Shown here: piece by piece, positions 31,327-40,179 of the stretch
How positions within the stretch are numbered: the first letter of the stretch is position 1
How the letters are laid out: each line of letters starts with the position of its first letter
NCBI GenBank assembly: GCA_963806225.1
Contig: CAWDXG010000004.1
Span: forward strand, 3,872,001-3,936,000
Direction of reading: 5' to 3'
Source of the DNA: an uncultured delta proteobacterium
GTDB lineage: Bacteria > Myxococcota_A > Polyangia > Polyangiales > Polyangiaceae
Length of the DNA: 64,000 bases
Notes under the pieces: generated by a model
The model's database searches: none
What the model was told of the DNA's origin: nothing
The model's input: the letters and a program-made list of their open reading frames with translations, nothing else
Position numbers and translations under genes: made by a program

Positions 31327-32115
31327 ATGCTTTTCCTACTCCGCCGCATCGCCCTGATCTCGACCCTGTGCGGCACTGTCGCCGCGTGCGGCACCAGCGG
31401 CGACCGCGGGCCGAAGTCGGACGCCGGTAACGGAACGGGCGGCGCCGGCGGCCTGCCCGGCGTGATCCTCGACGGCGGCGGCACCATCCAAGCGCCACCC
31501 GACGGCGCGAACCTGTGCCCGAAAGGCGCGTGCAACTACCAGACTCAATCGGGCTGCACCGCAAACCAGTCGTGCCGACCGGACCCCACCACCGGCACCC
31601 AGCCCTTGTGCCAGCCCGTCGGTGCGGGCAAGAGCGGCGACCCCTGCACCAGCTGGAACGACTGCGCGCACGGCTACCTATGTGCGGGAGGTGAGTGCCA
31701 CCAGCTCTGCTGCGGCGGCGACTGGTCGGCCTGCCCGAGCGGCGAGAGCTGCACCCGGCAACTGCTGGTTCAGGTGGCGGGCAAGGACGTCGACTCGGGC
31801 GCGTACCTGTGCTTCCCGGTGAACAACTGCGACGTGCTCGACCCCACGAGCTGCCAGTCCGAGCCGGGGCGTTCCTGCCAGATCGTGGACCCGACCGGCA
31901 ACGTGGCCTGCGCGCCGGAGGGTCAGGCCGGCGTGGGCGCGGCCTGCAGCGAGACCGTGCACTGCTCGGCCGGCTTCTCCTGCGTTGCGAAGACCTGCCG
32001 CCGGCTGTGCAAGGCGGTCGCCGGGGGCGGCGAGCCGTCATGCGCATCGGGCGAGGGGACCTGCATCCACTACAATCGCGACCCGGCTCACGTCGGCGAG
32101 TGCACCCCGATGTAG
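31327..32115 (+). CDS. Cys-rich repeat lipoprotein
   Basis: Lipobox VAAC; two copies of a C..Q..C....C / G..C....C..G..C....C..LC module. Confidence 0.8.
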   Translation: MLFLLRRIALISTLCGTVAACGTSGDRGPKSDAGNGTGGAGGLPGVILDGGGTIQAPPDGANLCPKGACNYQTQSGCTANQSCRPDPTTGTQPLCQPVGAGKSGDPCTSWNDCAHGYLCAGGECHQLCCGGDWSACPSGESCTRQLLVQVAGKDVDSGAYLCFPVNNCDVLDPTSCQSEPGRSCQIVDPTGNVACAPEGQAGVGAACSETVHCSAGFSCVAKTCRRLCKAVAGGGEPSCASGEGTCIHYNRDPAHVGECTPM

Positions 32116-32175
32116 CCTGCCGGCCTCATAGCCGGACAGGGGGCGATGTACGCGAATGTGGTTGCCAGACCCCAC

Positions 32176-32247
32176 CTGAAATGGTACGCGCCATTTCAGT
32201 TCTGAAACCAGTGCATCGCATACTTGCTATCAAGTGCGCGTACTTGC
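32176..32247. promoter_or_regulatory. Cluster of palindromes and direct repeats upstream of the AblB-like gene
   Basis: CTGAAATGG-N6-CCATTTCAG (32176-99); ACTTG-ctat-CAAGT (32222-35); TACTTGC at 32221 and 32241. Confidence 0.55.
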
Positions 32248-32300
32248 ATGACTTCACGCCCGCTGCCTAGCAGCGTCGCTACTTGGCAACCGGGGGGTAG

Positions 32301-33203
32301 ATGGCGACTCGAGCCTCGAACCCGTCCAGTGCTTCGGACGAGATCCTTTTCCAGAATGACGGCGTTTCGCTGTGCCTGCTGGTCAACCGGCGGGCCCGCA
32401 CGCTGCGGGTGATCGACTTCCGGTCGGGGCCGAACCCCGCCAAGCGCATCTTCGTGATGAGCCTGGCCCGGCGGGAGGGTGTGGAGCGGGTGGTCACGCT
32501 GGTGGAGCGCGACGAGGTGAGCACCTGGTCGCGCCTCGGCTTCCAGCGCGAAGGCAGCATCCCGGGCTTCTACAAGCGCAGCGACGCCTGGATCCTGGGC
32601 GCGGTGATCCCGCGCGAGACCGACGATCCGGACGAATCGGGGACCCGTCCCGCGATCGCCGACAAGGGCAACAGCGCGGCGGCCGAGCGCCAGTACCAGG
32701 CCATCCGCAAACTGGCGAAGGAACGGGCCGAGCAGCCGCTCCCCAAGGTGAAGGTGCAACCTGCCCGCGAGCCGGACCTGAAGAAGGCCCTGTCCAACGC
32801 GGTGCGCAGCGGCCGGGCGCTGACCGGCTTCGAGCCGTTCGGCCGGGACGTGGAACGTCGGGCCTACGCCTGCACGGCCCGCGGCGGGTTCTCGTTGATG
32901 ACCTCGGTCGAGACGCAAGCCTGCTTCAACAATGCCTTCGTGGAGCTCCTGACGGCGCCGCGCACCCCGAAGGAGGCGGCGCTGACCACGTCGGCCATCC
33001 GGCAGCTGTGCGACGAGCTGTTCGAGCAGGGCGTGGTGTGCTGTTTCTCGCTCACGCCGGTGGACGATCTCGAGCTGGGGGCGGCCTTCGTGATGAACGG
33101 CTTCCGCCGGACGGGGCTGCTCGGCCAGCACCTGCTGGTGAAGGGCGAGCGCAGCGACGCTTTCCTGTGGTCGCGGAAGCTGGCATTGCCGACCGACGGC
33201 TGA
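32301..33203 (+). CDS. Tandem GNAT-fold protein resembling beta-lysine N-acetyltransferase AblB, degenerate CoA motif
   Basis: LGFQREGSIPGFYKRSDAWILG (N-domain) and NGFRRTGLLGQHL...DAFLWSRKL (C-domain); resemblance judged from memory. Confidence 0.65.
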   Translation: MATRASNPSSASDEILFQNDGVSLCLLVNRRARTLRVIDFRSGPNPAKRIFVMSLARREGVERVVTLVERDEVSTWSRLGFQREGSIPGFYKRSDAWILGAVIPRETDDPDESGTRPAIADKGNSAAAERQYQAIRKLAKERAEQPLPKVKVQPAREPDLKKALSNAVRSGRALTGFEPFGRDVERRAYACTARGGFSLMTSVETQACFNNAFVELLTAPRTPKEAALTTSAIRQLCDELFEQGVVCCFSLTPVDDLELGAAFVMNGFRRTGLLGQHLLVKGERSDAFLWSRKLALPTDG

Positions 33204-33215
33204 CAGAGTCGGGCG

Positions 33216-35670
33216 GTGTTCCGCGCACGCTCTACGACGCTGGCGGCTGCTGCAGTCGTCGCCCTGTCCTCCGTTCCCACGCGGGCAGCTGCACGGGCCG
33301 TCGTCGCCTCCGCGGCGGCGGGCAGCGGTCAGCCCGCCCTTTCGGTCGGCTTCGACGGCACCGGCAAGCTTTTGGCCAACGTGTGCGCGTCGAAGCCCTG
33401 CTCGCTCGCGGGCGGGCAGAAGCTCTCGTTCCCGGCGGCGGCCCAGGCTCTGGTAGCGCACGGTCGGCTGTCGGTGGTGCCGCTCGGCGCGGGACGGCAC
33501 GCGATCGTCGTCAGCGTTCCCGACAAGGCCCATGAGCGGAGCTGGGAAGCAGTCGTGGTCGCGCCGCTCGGTGGGCAGAAGCCGGACATCGTCTTCCAGG
33601 GCTGGACGGGCCTGGTGGAAGGACAGTACGGCCTGCGCCACGGCCCGATGGTGATCGTCTCGAAGCCGGCGCGGGACGGGTCGCGGCGCGTCGTCATCGG
33701 ACAGCAGCGCGAGGACATGCAGCTGTGCGGGAGGCCCGCTGTGCTGGCACCGGAGCTGCTCTTCTCCCAGGACCTCGCGCTGCACCCCGCAAAGGTGCAG
33801 CGGCTGAGCCAGGACGAGCGCGACCGGGCGGAGAGGGTGACCGCAAAGCGCGTCGAGGGCGACGACGGCAAGGCGTACCCGCTGCTGCGCGCGGTGGCCG
33901 CGACCAGCGCCGTGGGAGAGCCCGCGGCGCTCACCGACGGCGATCCCGAGACGACCTGGGCGGAGAACCGCGGCGGTGACGGCCGCGGCGAGTTCGTGCT
34001 GATGAACGCGCCGGGAAACCTGCCCATCACCGGGCTCGACGTGATCCTCCGCCCCGCGAAGAGCGCGCCCGAGCACGGCGTGGCGCCGCGCGATTTCTGG
34101 ATCGCCACCAACAAGCGGCTCCTGCACGTCATGATGCCGGAGGACGCCTGGCAGCATCCCGGGGCGCGCTACCGCATCACGCTCGAAAAGCCCCTGCACA
34201 CGGACTGCGTGGCACTCGTGACGGGCGGCGCCTACGGCGCAAAGCGCGACTCGCGCGTCAGCTTCGCCGAGCTGGAAGCACGCACCGAGTTCGACGCGAG
34301 CAAGCTCGAGGGGCTGGTCGGCGCGCTCGCCGGCGGCGGCCAGCGCGCCGTGGCGGCGGGCTCGGTACTCGGCGCGCTCGGCGGCCCGGCCTTCGACGCG
34401 GTGTCGAAGCGCTTCGGCTCGCTCGACGAGGGAGGCCGGCGCGTAGCGCTCGACGTGATCGATCACGCGCCGTGCGACAAGAGCGTACCAGTGTACCTCC
34501 AGGCGCTGCTCAGCCCCTACCGCGCGCATCGCATCCACGCGCGCGATCACATCCGGCAGTGCGGCAAGAAGAGCGCGCCAATCCTGGAAAAGGCGATACA
34601 GAGCGGACCGCCGCGCGCGCGTCCGCTGATCGCCGGCGAGCTCGCGCTGGTCGCCCCCGGCCGGGCGGTGCGCGTCATCGTTCCGCTGCTCGACTCGAAG
34701 AGCAGCGTCGAGCGCCGGCTGCTGCGCACCACGTTGGCGCACGCCTCCGATTCGCGGAAGGCGACCGCGGCGGTGCGCGACATGCTGCGCAACGACCAGC
34801 TACCCGAGGTCGCTGCGATCGATCTGCTGCGCTCGCTGGGCAACCGCTTGAGCGCGTATGAGCCCGAAGCGTCGAAGCAGTTCGCGAGGCTGGCGCGCCC
34901 AGGAGCGTCGTTCCGCACGCGCTACCTGCTGCTGGAGCCGGCAGCCGTGCTGGCCCGGAGCGACCCGACGGCCACCGCGTTCCTGAAGCAGGCGTTGGCT
35001 CGCGATCCGGACGCGCACGTCCGCGCACAGGCGGCGCGCGTGATCGATCGGGCCACGGCATTCCGTCAGGAGCTTCTGCACGCCCTCGCCGACAGCGGCG
35101 TGCGCGTGCGGGAGGCCGCGGTACAGACGCTCGGCGCGGGGCGCGCCAGCTTCGCCGCGCAGGCGCTCGCCCGGCGGCTGGACGAGGATCGCTGGCCGCT
35201 GGTGCGGGCCGCAGCGGCCGACGCGCTGGGCAGGATGGGACCCGACCCGGCCGTCGACAAGGCGCTCGACGACGCGCTGGACGACTCGTCCAAGGCGGTG
35301 CGCGCACCGGTGATCCGCGCCCTGGGCGCGCGCCGTGCCCGTGCCTACGCCGAGGATGTCCGGGACGAGCTGGACAAGAAGGACGAAGCGGTGGAAGTGC
35401 GCATGCAGGCCGCCCGAGCGCTGGGGATGATGTGCGATCAGGGTTCGCTGGACGCTCTGACGAGCTACGCGCAGAAGGCTGGCGACCGGCTCGCGTCCGC
35501 GGATCTGCAATCGATCGGCTCGGCCGCCATCGTGGCCCTTGGCCGCCTCCACCCGCCGGATCTCGCCCAGCGCCTCGCCCCGCTCATGAAGCCGCAAGGC
35601 GCCGCGTGGCGCCCGCTTCGCTGCGCGCGCGGCGCTGGAAAAGCGCGGCGCCTGCGGCGCGCGGCGCTAG
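33216..35670 (+). CDS. Exported protein with a discoidin/glycan-binding-like domain and HEAT repeats (frameshift near 35592)
   Basis: Signal peptide; ALTDGDPETTWAE; HEAT repeats (DPDAHVRAQAA, VRVREAAV, WPLVRAAAADALG); corrected stop TAG at 35668-70. Confidence 0.75.
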
Positions 35671-35721
35671 GCCCGACAGCCCACTGTTGCCGCCCTGCGT
35701 CGCCTCCTATAGTAGCCGGCC

Positions 35722-36777
35722 ATGATCGAGCCGTGGACGCTGGTAACGGGAGCTTCCGGATTCGTGGGGTCGCGCCTGGTGAGGGCGCTGGTGGATCGGG
35801 GCGAGCGCGTGAAGGGGTTCGTGCGCGCCGGCTCCAGCCTCAAGCAGCTGGAGGGGCTACCGGAAGATCGCTTCCAGCTCGCGTTCGGCGACATCACCGT
35901 GATGCACACCGTCTACCGGGCACTCTCGAGGTGCGACCGGATGTACCACGTCGCGAGCAACTTCAAGATGTGGGACTCGAACCCCGACAACATCCTGAAG
36001 CCCGCCATCGAAGGCACGCGCGCCACGCTGGAGGCAGCGAAGAAGCGCAAGCTCTCGAAGGTCGTGGTCACGAGCAGCGTCGCGGCGCTGGGCGCGGAGC
36101 CGAAGCCCGAGCCCATGGACGAGACGCACGAGTTCAACCTGAAGGACCCGGAGACGTACATCCGCTCCAAGCACGAGGCCGAACAGGTCGCGCACGAGTT
36201 CGCCGCCGAGGGCATGCCCCTGGTTGTCGTGCTGCCGAGCGGCATCGTGGGCCCCGGCGACTGGAAGCCGACGCCGACGGGCGCGAGCATCATCCAGTAC
36301 CTGAAGCTGTCGCCGGCCATGCGCGCGCCGGTCACCGAGGGCGGGCTCAACTTCGTGGACGTGGACGACGTGGTGCAGGGCCACATGCTCGCGATGGACA
36401 AGGGCACCGCCGGCGAGCGCTACATCCTGGGCGGCGAGAACGTCACCTTCGAGCAGATGTTCGCGACGCTCAGCGAGCTGACCGGCCTGGCGCCTCCCGG
36501 CAAGCCGCTGGGGCAGGGGCTGGTGTCGCTGGCCGGGTCGCTGATGGAGCTGAATGCGAGCCTGGGCGGCGGCGAGCCGATGCTCACGCGGCGGATGGCA
36601 CGCGACTACGCCTGTGCCTACGCCTGGGTCACGAGCGAAAAGGCCGAAAGCGAGCTCGGCTACACGCACCGCCCGGCGCGCGAGGCACTGGCGCGCTCGG
36701 TGCGCTGGTACCTCGAGAAGGGCTACGTGCCCGACAAGGCCGCGCGCCGCGTGCGGCTGGAGCTCAGGCAGGCGTGA
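35722..36777 (+). CDS. NAD-dependent epimerase/dehydratase (HpnA/dihydroflavonol reductase-like)
   Basis: LVTGASGFVGS, VVTSSVAA, YIRSK, VGPGDWKPTPTG, GERYILGGEN. Confidence 0.9.
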   Translation: MIEPWTLVTGASGFVGSRLVRALVDRGERVKGFVRAGSSLKQLEGLPEDRFQLAFGDITVMHTVYRALSRCDRMYHVASNFKMWDSNPDNILKPAIEGTRATLEAAKKRKLSKVVVTSSVAALGAEPKPEPMDETHEFNLKDPETYIRSKHEAEQVAHEFAAEGMPLVVVLPSGIVGPGDWKPTPTGASIIQYLKLSPAMRAPVTEGGLNFVDVDDVVQGHMLAMDKGTAGERYILGGENVTFEQMFATLSELTGLAPPGKPLGQGLVSLAGSLMELNASLGGGEPMLTRRMARDYACAYAWVTSEKAESELGYTHRPAREALARSVRWYLEKGYVPDKAARRVRLELRQA

Positions 36778-37514
36778 GCGCGGCCACAGCCGTGCGCGAC
36801 TCGAACGTCTTCGCCGAGCTCTGGCGCGGGCTCCTCATGGGAAGCGTCGCGGCCGGCGTCGCAGCGCTACCGGCGGCCTTCCGTGCGTCCCACGCCGGCG
36901 CTTCGTTCGGTGGCTGCTGGATCGCGCTGGCCGGCTCCACGGCGCTCCTGCTCGCCCCGGCGGTGGGTGCGTTCAGGGCGGCGCGGCCGATGCCACGCGC
37001 GCTTCCGACGTTGCTGGTGGGACTGCTTTTCGCAACCGGACCCCTCGTGATCTTCGCGCGGCTCTTGAAGGCAACGACGCACTACCGCCCGCTCGGCGGA
37101 GCGACGTTCGCGATCGTGGCAACGGGCGTGCTGCTCGGTTGCTTTGCGCTGAGCGGACGACTGGTAGCGGCGTCGCGTTCGGGCTCGCGGCGCCGTGTGG
37201 CCCAGCGGCTGCTGGTCGTTCTCGCCGCTGCTTCCGCGTTGATCGGGCTCGCCCTGGCGGCGCCCGCCGTGGCAGCCGGCGGCCTGCGCGCGGGGGTCCT
37301 CGACGGCGCGCTCGCCGTCGCGCTAGGGCTCGCGGCGGCGCTACCCGGCGCGTCGGAATGGCTGCCCGCGCCGCGCGCGAGGCTCGCCGGTCCCATCGTG
37401 TGGCTGGTGCTGGTGCTTGCTGGCGCGAGCGTGCTGCATTTCGCGCCGGCGATCCGCGCCGCATGCTCGGCTCGCTCACCGGTGCTGCTGGGCCTTGCTG
37501 GCTGGCTCGGCTGA
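36774..37514 (+). CDS. Hypothetical multi-pass membrane protein
   Basis: GTG overlaps the upstream TGA; ~7 hydrophobic segments; it forms the tail of the artefactual 1432-aa ORF. Confidence 0.7.
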   Translation: MSAATAVRDSNVFAELWRGLLMGSVAAGVAALPAAFRASHAGASFGGCWIALAGSTALLLAPAVGAFRAARPMPRALPTLLVGLLFATGPLVIFARLLKATTHYRPLGGATFAIVATGVLLGCFALSGRLVAASRSGSRRRVAQRLLVVLAAASALIGLALAAPAVAAGGLRAGVLDGALAVALGLAAALPGASEWLPAPRARLAGPIVWLVLVLAGASVLHFAPAIRAACSARSPVLLGLAGWLG

Positions 37515-37676
37515 TCGGCCGGGCATAATCGGCGCCGTCCGCTGGTTTCAAGGGTGGTTTGACCGGGGCAAAGCCGGTGACTAGGTTTCCTGTCATCAGG
37601 TGGGTCCTGGTTGCCGGGCGGCGCTAGCTCAAAGACAACGCCGCCTGCCCTGGAAACCAGGAAACAAGGAGCTGAC

Positions 37677-38456
37677 ATGTATCCCCAGCAGTATTCGTCC
37701 CAGCAGCAGGCCTACGCAGGCAGCTACGCCCAGGCGGGGCCGGCCAAGCTCGCATTCCTACGCAAGGTCTATGCGCTGTTCACGACCAGCGTCGTGGCAG
37801 CGGCAGCAGGCGCCATGTTCGCGCTGTATGCGGGCGCGGGCTCGTCGGCAGCCACGGTGCAGCTCTCGGACGGCACGGTGCGCACGATCCCACCGCTGGT
37901 CGCCATGCTCTCGGGCGGCGGCTTCATCACCTGGATCATCATCATGGCGGTGCTCTTCGGCGCGTTCTACGGCGCCAGCGCCGTGAGCCGGACGCCGGGC
38001 GTGAACCTGGTGGCGCTGCACGGCGCCGCGTTCATCAGCGGCGTTTTCGTCGCCCCGATGATCTTCTTCGCTCTGCTCATGGCCTCGCAGGGACAGACGC
38101 TCGTGGCTTCGCCAGTGCGCGACGCGTTCCTGCTCTCGTCCGTCGGCTTCGCAGGCCTGAGCGCGTACACGCTCGTTTCGAAGAAGGACTTTTCGTACCT
38201 GCGCGGGTTCCTGTCGATGGGCTTCTTCGTCGTACTTGGCGGGCTCGTTCTGGGCTTGTTCCTGCACAGCAGCGTGTTCGCCCTCGCCATCGACAGCGTG
38301 GCCGTGCTGCTGTTCGGCGGCTTCATCCTGTACGACACGTCGAAGATCCTTCGCTCGGGCAACGACAATCCGGTTGGCGCGGCGATCCTCCTCTACCTGG
38401 ACTTCTTCAACCTGTTCATCTTCCTGCTCAGCATCCTGAGCAGCCGCCGCAACTAG
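37677..38456 (+). CDS. yccA: Bax inhibitor-1/YccA family membrane protein
   Basis: FLRKVY, KKDFSYLRGFL, FILYDTSKI, AAILLYLDFFNLFIFLLSIL; AAGGAG RBS. Confidence 0.9.
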   Translation: MYPQQYSSQQQAYAGSYAQAGPAKLAFLRKVYALFTTSVVAAAAGAMFALYAGAGSSAATVQLSDGTVRTIPPLVAMLSGGGFITWIIIMAVLFGAFYGASAVSRTPGVNLVALHGAAFISGVFVAPMIFFALLMASQGQTLVASPVRDAFLLSSVGFAGLSAYTLVSKKDFSYLRGFLSMGFFVVLGGLVLGLFLHSSVFALAIDSVAVLLFGGFILYDTSKILRSGNDNPVGAAILLYLDFFNLFIFLLSILSSRRN

Positions 38457-38579
38457 CCGCACCTACATCCTGCCCGCCCGCCCCCGCCGGAATCCTCCGC
38501 CGGGGGCTCGTGGCGTTGTGCTCGTCTATCGGACCTCTGTAAGTGCGTGTCGCACACGGGCCCCGGCCGGCGCCGTGCG

Positions 38580-38608
38580 TTGACGCAAGCTGGGTTCATT
38601 CCTAGATT
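38580..38608 (+). promoter_or_regulatory. Sigma70-like promoter
   Basis: TTGACG-N17-TAGATT upstream of the peptidase gene. Confidence 0.6.
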
Positions 38609-38685
38609 TGAACCTTCGCCCGGCCGGTCTGGCGCGGGCGGTGGAGCAGCTCACGGTGGGCCGCTCCCGGCCCGAACGAGAAGCG

Positions 38686-40089
38686 ATGCGTATTGGTCCC
38701 GGTGAGCCGCTCCGCAGCCGACCCGGCGTCGGGCGTCGCGTTGTGCGGCAAGGGCCGGGGCGTCACGCGGCTCTCCCGAAGGCGCTGCGAGCGGCCAGCA
38801 CCTCCGCGGTCGCGCCGAGTGCGCGACGCGGGCTGCGCCGCACACTCGCCCTGCTGATGATCGTCGGGCTCATGCTTCTGAGCGCGATGGGCTGGGCGCA
38901 GCTGCCCGCGGCGGGGTCGGTCGCTGTAGCGCCTCCGCCGGCGCCTCCCGCCGCAACCGTGCGTACCGGCACGACGTCCATCGAGAGCGCGCCCGCCAAG
39001 GGCGCCCCCAAGGCCGCGCACACGCCTCCGGAAGACGCACCGCGACTGAGCGGCGAGTTGCCGCGCGTGCCGCACGCTCCATCCAGCTACAACACGTACG
39101 ACGGCGGCTGGATCCACTTCGCCTATCCGCCGTCGGTGCGCGAGCGCGTGCAGCCGCTGATCGCGAAGGCCGACCAGGCCCGCGCCCAGCTCACGGCGCG
39201 GCTGGGCGAGGCGGTGCTCGACCACGTGAGCGTGTACGTGGCGCGCACGCCGGGCGAGATGGCCACTCTGGCTCCTGACGGCGCGCCCTTCCCGAAATAC
39301 GCGGCGGGCGTCGCCTACGGACAGATCGGCCTGGTGCTGCTCAGCATCAACCCGGTGCACCCGAACGACAATCACGACCTGGGCGAGATCTTCCGCCACG
39401 AGCTGGCGCATGTGGCGCTGCACGACGCGGTGAACGGGCAGCCCGTGCCGCGCTGGTTCAACGAGGGCTTCGCGGTGTTCGCTTCGGGCGAGAGCTCGTT
39501 CGTTCGCCTGCACACGCTGTGGACCGCCACGCTCGCCAACAACCTGATCCCGCTGAGAAAGCTCGATCGCACCTTCCCGGCGAACGAGGTCGACGCCTCG
39601 GTGGCCTATGCCGAGTCGGCGGACGTCGTACGCTACCTGCTCCGGCAGCAGGACCACCATCGCTTCGTGGCGATGATCCAGCGCATGAAGAACGGCGAGC
39701 GCTTCCAGCCCGCGATGGAAAACGCGTACGACACCGACATCGCCAATCTCGAGTACGACTGGAGACAGGACGTCGCCAAGCGCTACACGTTCTGGCCGGT
39801 GTTCTTCAGCGGGGGCGCGATCTGGATGGGCGTGGTGGGGCTGGTGATCTGGAGCTGGAAGCGCCGCCGCCGCCGCGACAAGGCCACGCTCGAGCGTTGG
39901 GCGAAGGAAGAGGCGGCCGAGGACGACCTCAAGCGCCGTATCGCCCTCGCCAACCAGGAGAACGCGCGCGTGCACATCGTCCTGGCCCGCCACAGCCAGC
40001 GCTCGAGCTCGCCCGACATGCGTCCCTCCTCGCCCGACTCCGCCGTGCCCAAGGTCGAGCACGACGGCCAGTGGCACACGCTGCACTGA
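38686..40089 (+). CDS. Peptidase MA-like (gluzincin) metallohydrolase with a C-terminal TM
   Basis: RHELAH (HExxH) and PRWFNEGFA; AYAES; TM followed by KRRRRR; start uncertain. Confidence 0.85.
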   Translation: MRIGPGEPLRSRPGVGRRVVRQGPGRHAALPKALRAASTSAVAPSARRGLRRTLALLMIVGLMLLSAMGWAQLPAAGSVAVAPPPAPPAATVRTGTTSIESAPAKGAPKAAHTPPEDAPRLSGELPRVPHAPSSYNTYDGGWIHFAYPPSVRERVQPLIAKADQARAQLTARLGEAVLDHVSVYVARTPGEMATLAPDGAPFPKYAAGVAYGQIGLVLLSINPVHPNDNHDLGEIFRHELAHVALHDAVNGQPVPRWFNEGFAVFASGESSFVRLHTLWTATLANNLIPLRKLDRTFPANEVDASVAYAESADVVRYLLRQQDHHRFVAMIQRMKNGERFQPAMENAYDTDIANLEYDWRQDVAKRYTFWPVFFSGGAIWMGVVGLVIWSWKRRRRRDKATLERWAKEEAAEDDLKRRIALANQENARVHIVLARHSQRSSSPDMRPSSPDSAVPKVEHDGQWHTLH

Positions 40090-40179
40090 CGGGCGAACCT
40101 GTCCGGGCCCCGCGAGCACGCGCAGGCCCGGCCGACGCGAAGCGCGCCGCGCAGCGTTGCCCGCCCCACGTGGGCAGCG

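Noticed and set aside
32196..34742. Long antisense ORFs (this 848-aa one, 40157-43123, 2397-4328, 45702-47627 and similar)
   Set aside because: Stop-poor shadow frames typical of high-GC coding DNA; the opposite strand carries recognisable proteins.
33216..37514. 1432-aa giant ORF
   Set aside because: A one-base insertion near 35592 reads the HEAT gene through an off-frame of the epimerase into the membrane protein; these are three separate genes.
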